DNA from: Cetorhinus maximus
Taxonomy: Eukaryota
Direction: 5' to 3'
Assembly: GCF_964194155.1 (NCBI RefSeq)
Contig: NC_135905.1
Span: 10,850,001 to 10,914,000, forward strand
Length of the DNA: 64,000 nt
Both the position numbers and the translations under genes were made by a program. A model generated the notes under the pieces. It saw only the letters and a list, made by a program, of their open reading frames with translations. It was not told the DNA's origin and did no database searches. Positions 1 to 12,872 of the stretch are shown piece after piece. Each line of letters starts with the position of its first letter. Position 1 is the stretch's first letter.

Positions 1-849
1 TGTCATTTAGAACCATGTCGGTTTTCATACTGCTTTATAATTTCCTGGGACTTCTGCACTGCTGTGCTAAGACTTCTTTTAAGACCCTCTAAAACCCATT
101 AGCATAGCTCTGCTCCATTCAAAACAGTTGCGAGCATGAATTTCCTTGATTTATGCTAGTTTTCTTGTGGCATCCAGTTACACCAAGAAACTCGGTGCAG
201 ACAGTCTAAAGGTCACCAGCTGGCAAGGTAATTTATTTATGTCACATAATTCTCAGTCTGGGTGAACTATTCAAACTTTGCAACTTCATCCCTGCAGTTT
301 GGAATTGATTTGTCTGGGCAATTTCTTTTGCTTGGCTCTTGCTGACATCTTCCGTTCTTGACCAGGGTTCTGCGAGTGTCAGAAACCAATTTGCCTTTGG
401 ATCTATTAATGCATTTGGAATGGCAAAGTTGTTGCAATAGCTATCCCACAGGGCATTCCCATATTCATCATTATAATTATGAGATATGCACAGACAAAAA
501 CATGGATCTTGAAGCACCATGGCAGGAGACAGCAGCGAACTCACTGTTAACCTACAACCCCCCTAACCTCCAACCCACCCCACCACAGTGTTACTGGGGC
601 CTGCCATTGGTTATGTCGCTTCCAAGGTTTGAAAAAACATCATGGAAACTTTATATTAGTTAAATCAATTTGTAAAAATGCAAGGTGTACCTGAGTTTCA
701 TTGAAATCTTTTACACCAACACAATAAATTGTAGCTCCAAAATTTCTAGCCCTTTCAGCCTATACAAAAGAAAACATATTTGCCAAATTTAATTATTTTA
801 AAAATAAATTGGAGGCTCACTTTCTTCTCTGTTGCTTATGAATACTTAC

Positions 850-929
850 TTCCATTTGTGCAAGATCATACAAATTATCAATTAATTCCCCATCCGTCAA
901 TGCAATGATGACGCTGGCAGCTCGAATCC
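850..929 (-). CDS. ANTXR-like coding exon 6 (remaining exons presumably lie left of the window)
   Basis: (G)IRAASVIIALTDGELIDNLYDLAQME; 80 bp; acceptor ttacag, donor gtaagt; contains the MIDAS Asp (LTDG); within ORF 817..1059. Confidence 0.93.
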
Positions 930-1599
930 CTGTAATTGCAACATCAGCATTAATATTTTTCCTGTATATGACATCCTTAATAGCACGGTAGCATGCATGG
1001 GCTAACTTACCACCCTGTACTCCGACGGCATTTAACACCTCAAAATAACTCTGCGCCAAAATAAGTCAAGGAAAAGTGGCACTATTATTTCTCACAAATT
1101 TTCTGTATGCGTTTCCACTGACTAATAATGAGATCAAGGAGAGGGGGAGGGAAGCAAAATATATCTTGTCATTAGCAGGATAACTTTGATGCAGTAACAT
1201 ACTAAGTTCTCCTTAGTGAACTCATTACTGAACCAATATATTAGTTTCTTTGAAAAATTAGCTATAATAGATATAAAATAGCTAACTTGATAACTTCATA
1301 AATTACGAGGAATGAGCTTGAAAGAGGTTTAACTAAGTTGCGGCTTCATGGACATCTAAAATTATGGGAGAATGTCAGTGTCCAGTCTTTCTATCTTCAA
1401 TCTGTCCTGTACCAAAATTAGACTTTGCTCACTACCGTTCATTCCTGCATATAAGGTGACCCATGTATGAAATGATTTTCCACCCTCATTACCAGAGAAG
1501 AGCTACCCAAAAATCTATGACCCACATATGAGACATAGGTTAACATTACAATAGGTCCTATTTTTCTCCCTCTCTGGCTAATGTTCTCTCTCTGTATCC

Positions 1600-2175
1600 C
1601 AATTTTATTGTTGCCTTCTATCAGATTGTCATTCTTAACAGCGCCCCACCCCTAATGGATAAGGATGTTTAAAATGCTTTCTAGCTTTGCATTACTTCTC
1701 TTACTTATGAGTCACTTTGTTAGGAGAAAAGTTTCTAGTTTATATTCTATAAATTAACTAAAATAATTTCTGGTATTGGTTTTCTGCTTCCCGTTGCATT
1801 AATGTGCAGTGGCAGCACCGTGTATAAAAGTCAACGCACATTAAAATCAAATTTCCCGCTCTCTGGGGAGCTGCACTGACTTATGGGTGATTTTCCAAAA
1901 AGCAGAAAATTGATTTTAATATGTACTGACTGTTTCATGCGCTGCCACTGCTGCGCACTAACATAATCGTGTAGCGGGAGACTGGGAATTAAATTATTTT
2001 AATTAGTCTTTAAATGTAAATCAGAATATTTTCTTAAACAATGCAACTTATGAGTAAGGGTGATAAAATGAAGATAGATAATATTTTAAACAAGACCATG
2101 CATTAGAAAGAGGGGGAGCAGCAGACTGGGATTAAGACAGAAAACTAGCGAAAAATTACCAGAGAATTAAAATTT
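1600..2175. repeat. Long imperfect palindrome (old fold-back/MITE-like element)
   Basis: Matching inverted segments: cattaaaatcaaattt / aaaattgattttaat, gcagtggcagc / gctgccactgc, cttacttatgagt / acttatgagtaag, gtttaaaat / attttaaac; centre about 1880. Confidence 0.6.
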
Positions 2176-3493
2176 ATATCTTCATTTGCTGTATTGTGGC
2201 TGAAACTCAGTCTGTGTTTGACTATGGGTACAGGTTGGGTATATTACATTTGACAACTGTCATTTCCAATGCTGTGGTTGAAGATTGTGTTGCAAGTTAA
2301 CAAATACAGTACTGCTGCTGGAGATGAACACAGAGTCCCAAGCACAGTATCACAAATGGGGATGTAAATTATCGTTTATACAGTCAGCAAGTATAGGTTT
2401 GTACCAGAGCCAAATACTGGCATCTCCTAGTCACAGCATCAAACTGTAATGTGTTTAAAACAAGCCCCTGCTTGGAACATTAAATAAGGTCATAAATTCC
2501 CTATTGCATAAGTAATAACCTGTGAATACAGAACAATCACTTTTCACTACTTCAAAGTTCCCAATCTCAGCTGCATTGTGCAGAAAAGTGCCAAACAAAG
2601 GCCACTATTTCCTTGCAATGGGGGGTGGTGGGGGGTGGAAATAGGGAATAAGCTGTCACTGAGCTATTTCCATGCCTTCTGGCAACTGAAGAGTACTGGC
2701 AGAGGTCTGGGAACAGGCCATTTGTTTGCTTCACTGCCGCATCTGATGGTTTACTGACACCAGAGGAAGGGGAGGTGGAAGAAAACTTATTGTTTGGGTG
2801 TGTGTGCCCTAAAAATAAAACACATCACATTTTTGAGGAGGAAATATACAATGAAACCCTGATAGAGGGTCTGTACAAAATAAGTTTAAAAAAAGGTTTT
2901 ATTAACTTGAATTACTCTCGGAGTGACTGTAATTGTTGTGTGAAACATTTGGAATTATTTTATATAAAATGCAGGCGGTGTTAAAATTATACTAAAGGTT
3001 GATGGAGTATCTTATATCTGACATGTCATAACTACTTGGTAAAAGCAAAAAGTTGAAAACATTAACAACAGTATCAACTTGCACTAATAAAGAACCTTCA
3101 AAGTGGCATTACAGAGGAGTAGGAAATAAAATAGGCTCGGAGAATAGATGGAAATAATAGAGTGGGTGACCAAAGGCTTAGTTAAATAGACGCACTGTAA
3201 GAATGGTCTTAAAGGAGGAGGGTGAATGGAAAGGCACAGGGGTTTAGGAAGGAAATTGAGCTTTGGGCCTAGGCAACTGAAGGTCCAATAATGTTGCCCA
3301 TAATAGGCTGAAAAGGAGGGAGGATGCACCGGAGGCTCAAGTCAGAAAAGTGGAGAGTTTGGGAGGCGGGTGGGTTAGCGGGAGCGTAGCTGGAGTCGTA
3401 GGAAGCTATAGAGCTATTGGGAACGCTACAGTGGGATTTAAACACAAGGATTTGGATCAAATATGGCCACCAAGAAACAAGGATGATGCCTAC

Positions 3494-3527
3494 CTGAATA
3501 GTTTTCATGATAAATCTGTTCAGTTGC
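3494..3527 (-). CDS. ANTXR-like coding exon 5
   Basis: ATEQIYHENYS(G); 34 bp; acceptor ctacag, donor gtaggc; resembles ANTXR1 ASEQIYYEN. Confidence 0.9.
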
Positions 3528-3664
3528 CTGTAGCAAGATTAAATGAAATATAGTTACTAAATAAAGTAATGCAAATCTTAAGCAATATGGCTTACTGACT
3601 GAATCTATGTGTTTTTTTAAAAAAGCATAATTACAAACAACACAACTTGTGCTGGAAATTATAC

Positions 3665-3746
3665 CTTTCTGAAGCCCTCATGCATGAATGTATCCCCTCC
3701 AGGCACTTCATTCCGAAGGGTTTTAAGGCCTTTCCGTATGGTTTCC
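3665..3746 (-). CDS. ANTXR-like coding exon 4
   Basis: (R)ETIRKGLKTLRNEVPGGDTFMHEGFRK; 82 bp; contains the MIDAS Thr (PGGDT); AG/GT boundaries. Confidence 0.93.
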
Positions 3747-4011
3747 CTTTAATTGAAATACAATTACTTAAGTTCAAACAATAGTAAGAAATTAATGGCT
3801 ATAATTAGCATTTGCCACTCATTTTTGTTATTCAGATGCACTGTCAAAACAGTGACTAAATATTGGTGAGTTATTTTTCATTTCACAAAGCCAGCAATGA
3901 AGACCTCTCAGTCAAAGAAAATGGCCTGTTATAGCAAAAACATTCACAATCTGTACCGTTTGAAGACTAAAATGCACTTTTCATGTTTGAGTGCTCAATG
4001 ACAAGACTCAC

Positions 4012-4083
4012 CGATTTGCAGTCAAGCTCATTAAGGTTGTACTTCTTGTAGAGAACACGATAAAAGACATTCGTAACTGAGGA
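4012..4083 (-). CDS. ANTXR-like coding exon 3
   Basis: (S)PQLRMSFIVFSTRSTTLMSLTAN(R); 72 bp; acceptor ttttcag, donor gtgagt. Confidence 0.95.
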
Positions 4084-4170
4084 CTGAAAAAAGTATATTA
4101 TTATTGAAGTATTTTGAATGAATTAACTACTAGGCTTGACAGTAATTATATTAAATAAACATGATGATAC

Positions 4171-4242
4171 CTTAAAAATTTCTCAGCCAGTTGTTCCACA
4201 AAAGAATATATTTCAATCCAATGGTTTCTAACACTTCCAGAT
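4171..4242 (-). CDS. ANTXR-like coding exon 2 (completes the MIDAS DxSxS motif)
   Basis: (K)SGSVRNHWIEIYSFVEQLAEKFL(S); 72 bp; acceptor ttttcag, donor AG|gtatc; phase 2-2. Confidence 0.95.
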
Positions 4243-4304
4243 CTGAAAAAAAAAGTACAGTCAACATAGTTATATGTTAGTCTGCACTACACAATTACTG
4301 ACAA

Positions 4305-4990
4305 AGTACTGCGCTGCCAGGGGTGTTGTCTTTTGAATGAGACATTAAACCTTCTGCCCTCTCAGGTGGATGTAAAAAATCCCATGGCACTATTTGAAGA
4401 ATAGTAGAAGTTCTCCCCTGCTTCCTGGCCAGCACCACTAAAAACACATTCAGACATAAGATATGGGAGCAGCAGCGCCTCTAGCCTGCTCTGTCATTCA
4501 ACAAGATTGTGGCTGATCTTCGACCTCAACTCCACTTCCCCACCCAATCCCCAAATCCCTCGACTTCCCTTCGAGTCCACAAACCTAGCGACCTCAGCCT
4601 TGAATATACTCACTAACCGAGCATCCATCTATAGCCCTCTGGTGTACAGAATTCCCAAAGATTCACAACTCTCGGAGTGAACAATATCCTCCGCATTAAG
4701 TCTTAAATGATCAACCTCTTACCCTGAGACGATGCCTCCTGGTTCTAGACTCTCCATCCAGAGGAAAAAAAACCTCTCAGCATCTACCCTGTCAAGCCCC
4801 CTCAAATCATATATCTCATTATCTAGTCATTATCTTGGTGTTGTTTATGGGACCTTGCTTTGCACAAATTGGCTGCCATGTCTAATCTAATTACAAAGTG
4901 ACTATGCTTCACAAGTATTTATGGATTGTAAAGTATTCTGGGAAGTCCTGAGTTCATGAAAGATAATTTGTAAATACAAAATCTTTCTTT
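4305..4990 (+). mobile_element. DeuSINE copy interrupted by a minus-strand CR1 3' fragment (about 4452-4805)
   Basis: gagacattaaacc...ctctcaggtggatgtaaaaaatcccatggcactatttgaaga, resuming as aaattggctgcc...gtgactatgcttc after the CR1 piece. Confidence 0.65.
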
Positions 4991-5429
4991 ATGTATATAG
5001 TGGGAAAACACTACATAACAGTTTAAAAAAAAAATATATATATATAATTGAAGCCCAGAAAATAAATTGACTAGGGTGTTATGGAGTATACCATGCAACA
5101 GTATAACTAATCTGTTGAAATTACCTGTGCATCACCTTGCTAAAATATTATCATAATGTAGACACAACCTGTACGTGGTTATTTTGCAGTTCATCATTAA
5201 ATATATATGCTATGGAATGATATACTATCTGCTATTAATTCCTTGTAATAGACTGCAAACTGGCTTAGAATAAATTTGTAGTAATTACATTGCGGTCATG
5301 CATCATGTGGTGTGAACATCATCATAGATTGATATTGAGTGCACTTTAGGGCAAAGATTGAAAGTGCTGTTAACAGAAAGAAACTAAACATGAATAGAAT
5401 CAATCCACAAAATAAGAAAAATCTCTAAT

Positions 5430-5850
5430 ATATAGTTGGAACTGTTTTCCTTGGAGAAAGGAAGGCTGAGAGGAGATTTGATAGAGGTATGGTGTAGATA
5501 GGGAAAAACTGTTGCCACTTGTGAAAGAATCAAGAATGAGAAGGCATAGATTTAAAAATAATAAAATAAATAATTTAAAATAATTGGCAAAAGAAGCAAA
5601 AGCAATATGAAAAAAACTTTTTTACGCAGCGAGTGGTTAAAGCCTGGAATGCACTGCCTGAGAATGTGGTAAAGGCAGTTTCAATTGAAGCATTCAGAGG
5701 GAATTAGACTGCTCCCTGAAAAGATTGAATGTGCAGGGTTACGGGAGAAGGCGGGAGAATAGCACTAAGTGAATTGCTCATTCGGAGAGCCAGTGCTGAG
5801 AACATGGACCAAATGGCCTCTTTCTGTACTGTAACAACTATGTGATTCTG
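5430..5850 (+). mobile_element. CR1 LINE 3' fragment
   Basis: ggctgagaggagatttgatagagg...tttttacgcagcgagtggtt...ggaatgcactgcctgag...ggaccaaatggcctc; similar to 7600-7990. Confidence 0.75.
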
Positions 5851-6947
5851 TGAAATATAGTTTAAGGATACCCAGAATTCATTACAAGGCAGAAATCTCA
5901 TCAAAGATAATTAACCTATACTGAATGAAGGGATTATTGCTTTGAAATCACTCTTACATATACATATTTTAAATAATGTTAGTTAGTCGCCTGTGGCGCT
6001 GTTCAGAGACAGATAAAAAATGTTTTTCTGTTCCTGCAGATGTCCTTCATTCCTCTTACACTAATTCTCTCCACGTCACTCTCTGTTGCTATTCTGTGTT
6101 TTCCATTCGATTTTTCTCTCTTTTGTCGCTCTATTTGTCATTGACTTTTTCCCTCAATCTTATGTTCCTTTCCTGTGTTGTCAGTCTTTTCCATATTCCT
6201 TTCAATCTCTATTTTGGCTCTGATACATGTGGATTTTAAATTCAATTATTAAATCTGGAACGTAAAGCTAGACTCAGTAATGGTGACCATGACAGCTATC
6301 ATCGATTGTTGTAAAAACTCATCTGGTTCACTAATGTCCTTTAGGGAAGGAAATCTGCCGTCCTTATCTGGTCTGGCCGACATGTGACTCCAGACCCACA
6401 TCATTGCAGATGACTCTCAACTGCACTCTGCAATGGCTGAGCACCTAGTTCAGGACAATTAGGGATGAGCAACAAATGCTGGCCTTGCCTGTGACACCAT
6501 AGCCCATGAAAGAATTTTTAAAAACACAGAAGTTGTTTTCCCTGGCTGGGAAACCTAGAACATGAACATGGGGGGCGCAGTCTCAGGTTAAGGGGTCAAT
6601 CATTCAGAACTGAGATGAGGAGAAATTTATTCGCTCAGACAAATCATTGTAACGGTGGGGCACATGGGAGACAGAAGTTGGAGAATGTTGCAGTCTATAA
6701 GCATACTTTCAAACGACTTGAGTCTGAGGCCACTTTCAGGACCTGGGGCTTAAGAGTATTTAAGGGATCTGGGACCTCTCAGAGGCCAGCAGGTTTCAGA
6801 ACACAATGGAAAGAGATGAAACTGAGGTCCAGGCCTGCGAGTAGGATTTTGCAGCTGGGAAAGCACTTGAGAGAGCTGAGGTTTGGGAGTACTTGAGGTG
6901 TTGGTAGAATTTGAGGAAGCTGGCGCTAGGAACAATCAGAGGATCTA

Positions 6948-7995
6948 CAGTGGTGTACCACAGGGATCTGTGCTCAGTCCCCTATTATTTATCATTTATA
7001 TAAACAACATATATAAACAACATATATATAAACATATATAAACAACCCCCTATGTAGGGGGTAGGATTAATAAGTTTGCGGATGACACAAAGATTGGCCG
7101 GGTGATTAACAGTGAGGTTGAGTGTCTTGGGCTACAGGAAGATATAGACGGGATGGTCAAATGGGCAGATAAGTGGCAGATGGAATTTAACCCTGAAAAG
7201 TGTGAGGTGATACACTTTGGAAGGAGTAATTTGACAAGGAAGTATTCAATGAACGGCATGGCACTAGGAAGTTCTGAGGAACAAAGGGACCTTGGCATGT
7301 GTGTCCATAGATCTCTGAAGGCAGAGGGGCATGTTAGTGGGGTGGTGAAAAAGACATATGGGACACTTGCCTTTATCAATTAAGGCATAGATTACAAAAG
7401 TAGGGAGGTCATGTTGGAGTTGTATAGAACCTTGGTGAGGCCACAGCTGGAGTACTGTGTGTAGGTCTGGTCGCCACATTATAGGAAGGATGTGATTGCA
7501 CTGGAAGGGGTGCAGAGGAGATTCACCAGGATGTTGCCTGGGATGAAATGTTTAAGTTATGAAGAGAGGTTGGATAGACTTGGGTTGTTTTCGTTGGAGC
7601 AGAGAAGACTGAGGGGCGACCTGATTGAGGTGTACAAGATTATGAGGGGCATGGACAGGGTGCATAGGGAGCAGCTGTTCCCTTAGTTGAAGGGTCAGTC
7701 ACAAGGGGGCATAAGTTCAAGGTGAGGGGCAGGAGGTTTAGGGGGGTTGTGAGGAAAAGCTTTTTTACCCAGAGGGTGGTGACGGTCTGGAATGCACTGC
7801 CTGGGAGGGTGGTGGAGGCGGGTTGCCTCATATCCTTTAAAAAGTACCTGGATGAGCACTTGGCATGTCATAACATTCAAGGCTATGGGCCAAGTGCTGG
7901 TAAATGGGATTAGGTAGGTAGGTCAGGTGTTTCTCATGTGTCGGTGCAGACTCGATGGGCCGAAGGGCCTCTTCTGCACTGTAATTCTGTGATCT
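6948..7995 (+). mobile_element. 5'-truncated CR1 LINE (reverse transcriptase C-terminus and 3' UTR)
   Basis: SGVPQGSVLSPLLF and KFADDTK; ORFs 7102..7383, 7492..7686 and 7722..7913 (WQMEFNPEKC, RRLRGDLIEVYKIM, FFTQRVV) with stops and frameshifts; CR1-type tail gggccgaagggcct...ttctgtgat. Confidence 0.92.
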
Positions 7996-10900
7996 AAGAA
8001 TAGGAGTGCTCAGAGGAGCACTGTAGCATGGGATGGGAAGACCTCTGGGGACCTAAATCCTGAGGGTGGGGATGGAGGGGCTAGTCTGAAAACCTGGAGT
8101 TGGGAGTTCATAAAGGCACAGCCAAAACAAGCACAATGGGGGCCAAATTTGTTTTGTACAACTCTATAAAGGCATCATTCAAGCAGTTTGTGGAGAACTT
8201 TAAAAAGCATGAAAATAATAACGAGAGCTGAAATTTAAGAGAATCTGGGGTCCTTGTATCGATGGATTAAAATCAGAGAATGGGCTATTAGGAAGTGGAG
8301 GGGGGCGGGGGGGGGGGAAATCGAGATTTGAGAAGCTGTACACCATATCACACCAAAGCCACCAGAGGAGGCCATAACTGGGGTACTAATAGAAGTCCTC
8401 AAAGCACTTTAGGGGGTTGGGTGTGTGCGGCAGGGGTGGGGGGGCAGTGGTGTAGCAGGAGAGGACAATCAGTTGCTAGAAGAGGCATGGACACCACGTA
8501 CTGACACAGAGGGCACAATCATTAGGTGAGAGGAAGAGTGTCCATGGCTACCAGGAAAAGAGTGCATTGCCATTGATGCAAACAAGAGGAATTAAACTGC
8601 AAGTATGTTAGAATGGATAGATATGTAGCACTGATAAATGTAGAAAGAGGCATGAGATCCTACTCTTGTATAGGAGCCCCAAAAGTAGCACTGAAGGATG
8701 AGTCATGTATATGAAGAACATAGGAAGACCCAAGTGAAAAACTGTAATTCCATGAATGGAGCAGAGTGCAAACTGATACTCCTGATGAAGGGAAGACCTA
8801 AAGAAAGATGTCGGATAGATTTGCATCAGTAAAATAGTGCGTAATTTTCATGATTTTTTTTTTCTTGTACAGAACTTTTTATGTGCTTTTCAAACTAGCA
8901 TGATTCCTGGCATTGCAGATAGTACACATATGGCCATCAGGTTGCCACATGAACCACAATGTTTACATGAAACAAATCAGGGAATGTGATGGAATACCCA
9001 AAGGATTTCCATACTTTCATGTTAATTACACGTTGTACAAAAGCAGCAAAGGCCAAAGCTTTAAACAACAATGGCAAGGTAATGTTAAAATTAACAATGG
9101 GAGGCTGTCAGAAATATGCATGATGTACAATGCAGCCAAATAAATACTTAGTCAGCAAATCTAGTCAGGGAAATCTATTAACATGGCAACTCATTCTTGA
9201 CAGAGGGCAAGGAGCGTGCCATGGAGTAGGTTTTGTCCAACCATGGGAAGTCTGTATAGGATCAAATATAAATAACGTTAATATAAGAGGTTTTCACAGG
9301 CTTGAAGTGCAATCCCCATATGTGCAGCAAAACACCCACCAGAAAATGGGGAGCAGAGAGAGAGCATGCTGTTCAAATACACCTTTGATACTTAGCAATA
9401 AAAGTGCAAATTAAATTAGTTTTTCACCAAAACTCAATGGTCTTGAAGATATATTCTATATTAAATAAATCATCGCATTTTCTAATCATCATAACTCAGG
9501 CTATAGGGAATCTGCTGATACATATTAAAGTCCCGATTCTGTGAAGCCAGTACTCTCTCAGTATAGTTTACAAAAATTGAGCATGAGCCTCCAAGCGCCT
9601 GAAACACACTGCTCAAATTTTATATTCAGAAATCAATAACAAAGAATAACTAAAAAAAAGTATGCAATGTGCCAATGAACACATTACGACCAGAAATAAA
9701 ACTAACAAACAGCAATTTCAAATTCTTCTAATCAAATATCAAGAGCAACTACCAAAAGCAAGGAATGAAAATAAAACCAATCAAATTGCTGAAAATTATA
9801 TACAATTAAATTGAATTTTACAGGATAGAAACAGACCATACATCACAACAAGCCTGTGCTGTTGTTCATACTCTACCTCCTCCCGCCTTACTTCATCTCA
9901 CCCTGTTAACATATGTTTTTATTCCTTTCTCAGCAATCCCTTAGACTACTATTGGGCTGTCCACTATGTTAATGGTTCTCAAACTCCTTTGGTTGAAGAG
10001 CCTCTTTTCAAATGTCTTAATAATCACAGATCTGCCCCGATCCCACACATTATAATACTACACTATATAATACCCATAATATGAAACTGCTGCATGCAAG
10101 GAATGTTTTTAAAATGCTTTTAAGAAAACAAGTATTTAATTACAGATGTGAGATAGGTGCATCTGCCTCTCACTGCAGATTCTGTCTATCCTTGGTAAGA
10201 TAGCCTTACCTCCTAGGTAAGATAGCCAGCCCATGATACACTATGCGTGTGGTGGCCGCATTCCACCCTGTCTTCAGGCTAGCATTTCACATTATTTTGC
10301 AGCCCCCCTGCAAAGTATCTATGGACCCCAGCTTGAGAACCACTGCACTAAACTAAACACTTTTAAAAATAAGGCCTATAAAATAATAGATGCAATAAGT
10401 GATACAATTGACAAGAAAAGGATAAAACCTATCTATAGAAGCATGTGTGAAATGTGTTTAAGAACGTTTCCATCAAAGCCGACATCTCTCCAAGAAACTC
10501 ATCATTCTAGTTCATATTCTTCCCAGAGCCATCACTAGCAGCTGAAGTCAGACAGCTACAAAGCCTAACAACCAACTGTGTCCCCAATTTCCAGTATATC
10601 ACAGTCTGACCATAGTCATTGTGGAAAACCTTCCATTTATGCAGCAGCATGCTTGAAGATGATGTATGCTGTACAATTTGGAGTGCAAGAGCATAGAGGC
10701 TATACCAGTGATTGTTAGGTTGTCTTCCCTAAAGAATTGAAATATGATAAAACATGAACTTTGGAACCTTTTTGAAGAAAGTTTTGATGGGAATATTATC
10801 TGTGACACAAAGATAAAGTATAAAAGAGACACTGGCTGGGATGTCAGGCCAACAGGGGTGTAGCCCACCAGCAGAGAACGGTTGGGGAACTCCTCCTCTA

Positions 10901-11332
10901 AGGGGGAGGCCTTCAGACACTTAACTGGCCGCTCTAGGGCCTTCCCCAAAATTGATGACCCCTGTGGTAGAAGTATCGCCGGCTGAGAGCTGCTGGTCAA
11001 TCAGAGGCCAGCAGCTTGTCATTGCCACCAGCACTAGTGGCCGTTGGCAGCACTGCACCCACCTGAGGCCCAGGATTGCAGAGGGACCTCAGGCCACAGA
11101 TGAGTAATGGGTGTCTGTCAGTGGCCACCCCACTGCCTCATGTTGGGTACCTCTATCATCGGTCACATAGTGCCTGATAGCAAGGCCCTTCCCCCCACTT
11201 ACCTGGGAGGCCCCTGGTAAACCAGAGAGATTTTGCTGGGCAGCCTTCCAATGGCATGGGTTATCCGGGCGGCCTCCATTTAATCACTGAGCTACCACTA
11301 AATTGTGTGTTTGGTAGAAAGGGTCGAGTTGC

Positions 11333-11627
11333 TCAGCCACCGAATCCGGTGTTTCAGAGCGTACACCGCATCCATAGCAGTGACTATCTTGCGCTTGGCG
11401 TGTTCAGTGTAGGTGGCAGCATCCCTGATCACATTCTCCAGGAAATCCTTCAGCACCCCACGAGTCTCCTCATGGATCAAACCAGAGATCTGCTTGACAC
11501 CGCCATAGCGAGCCAGACTGCGGGTTGCCGGTTCGGTGATGCCCTGGGTATTATCACAAAGCATTTTGCGGTGTCACTTTGCTCTGCCTTTACCCAGTCT
11601 TTTGCCTCCTTTCCTTCTGCCAGACAT
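11333..11627 (-). pseudogene. Histone H4 pseudogene (orphon) in ANTXR-like intron 1
   Basis: [91 protein letters not shown]. Stop at codon 18, many substitutions, and a deletion in the C-terminal RQGRTLY segment before GGATTCGGTGGCTGA. Confidence 0.92.
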
Positions 11628-12501
11628 GATGATTCTTCACTCGGATCACCGCAGAATATGTGGGATCGGGGATAATGGGCGTCAGTTGGCTTATTAATAA
11701 TCCTAATTGACATTTCGCTGCCACTGGCTAGGAGTCCTGCGAAAGCCCCTTCCACCTTCCCATTTAATCAGTAAAGGTTCTCCCATTGCCAGGAGACTGA
11801 CGTGGGCCTTCTCCCATGATTAAGTGGGCCCCACTGCCATAGTTCCAACCTCAACGGGCTGCATGAAATCCAGCCTGTCAGAACCATGGAGGGACAGAAG
11901 GAGAAAGTAAGAGAAAAAGACAGGATGAGAAAAATTATGTCAGGTTTTTATATTTTGTAAGTTACAGAGTTACAACAGCAATCTTTTTCATTTGTTTATG
12001 CTGATAAGTCAAAAACAATTTATAATGTTAATACATTTACTTCAACAACTATGAAAAATATTTATGTTCCACCAGTTGTTAAGGAAAACACCATTTATTT
12101 TCCAGGAGCCAATCAAAATAAGCTTAAACCACTGCCTCTTGGGAGCTGTTTTGCAAAATCTTTAAAATTCTTTGCACTGGAGATGTGTACATCTTCCCCA
12201 CTTCCATAACCCAGTAAAACCCTCCCATTGCAACAGTGTTATTTGACTCAACATGAGTAACCAAGGGATGGATATCTGCTGGTGTATCTATATTAAAATG
12301 TTATGTGCGTGAGTGCATTTTGTGCTTCACATGGTAGTTGGCACACATTTTATTTGCAAATTTTGCTTCACATCATATCTAAATTGCTTAAAACTCATAT
12401 TGAGAAGCCAGCAAATCATTACTGAACAAGTAGAATTTTTTGAAAATGCTTTTGGGTACCATCTTGAATTGTCACTGGGAATCTTGAAACACTGAGGCTG
12501 A

Positions 12502-12630
12502 GGCTGGAATTTTTCAGCTCTCCCCTCAGGGTGGGTTCCCCATGGCGGGGCCAGCGAGCCATTGAAACCTCCATTCACATCAATGGGACCAGAAGATCCC
12601 GCTGGCAGGAGGGGCTGGAAAATTCTGGCC
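12502..12630. mobile_element. Small MITE-like element with imperfect terminal inverted repeats
   Basis: ggctggaatttttcagctctccc ... ggggctggaaaattctggcc. Confidence 0.5.
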
Positions 12631-12872
12631 TCAGACTTGTAGTACAATAAAAGGTATTTCAAAAATTATAATGGTCACAAAAAAGTACAGAAGCATTTGC
12701 TATTTCAGTACCAGAGAGGGTGTTTGACAGGAAATGAGACATATCACACTGTTACAGCTGAAATGTACAATCCCAACTTCTTGTGGCAAGTTTAGTTCAT
12801 AAGTACATGTAAGTACAGCTGTTTAATGCAATTGAATGACGAGTCAGGCAATGAGATGCCTTTTCTTGATAC

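Noticed and set aside
242-663. Overlapping ~100-aa ORFs as further ANTXR exons or a retroelement remnant
   Set aside because: No match to the expected next ANTXR exon (GAxVYCVGV-type motif) and no convincing RT or endonuclease motif.
11298-11564. Functional variant histone H4 (and likewise H2A at 60446-60827)
   Set aside because: Premature stop or frameshift, many substitutions at invariant residues, and no 3' stem-loop.
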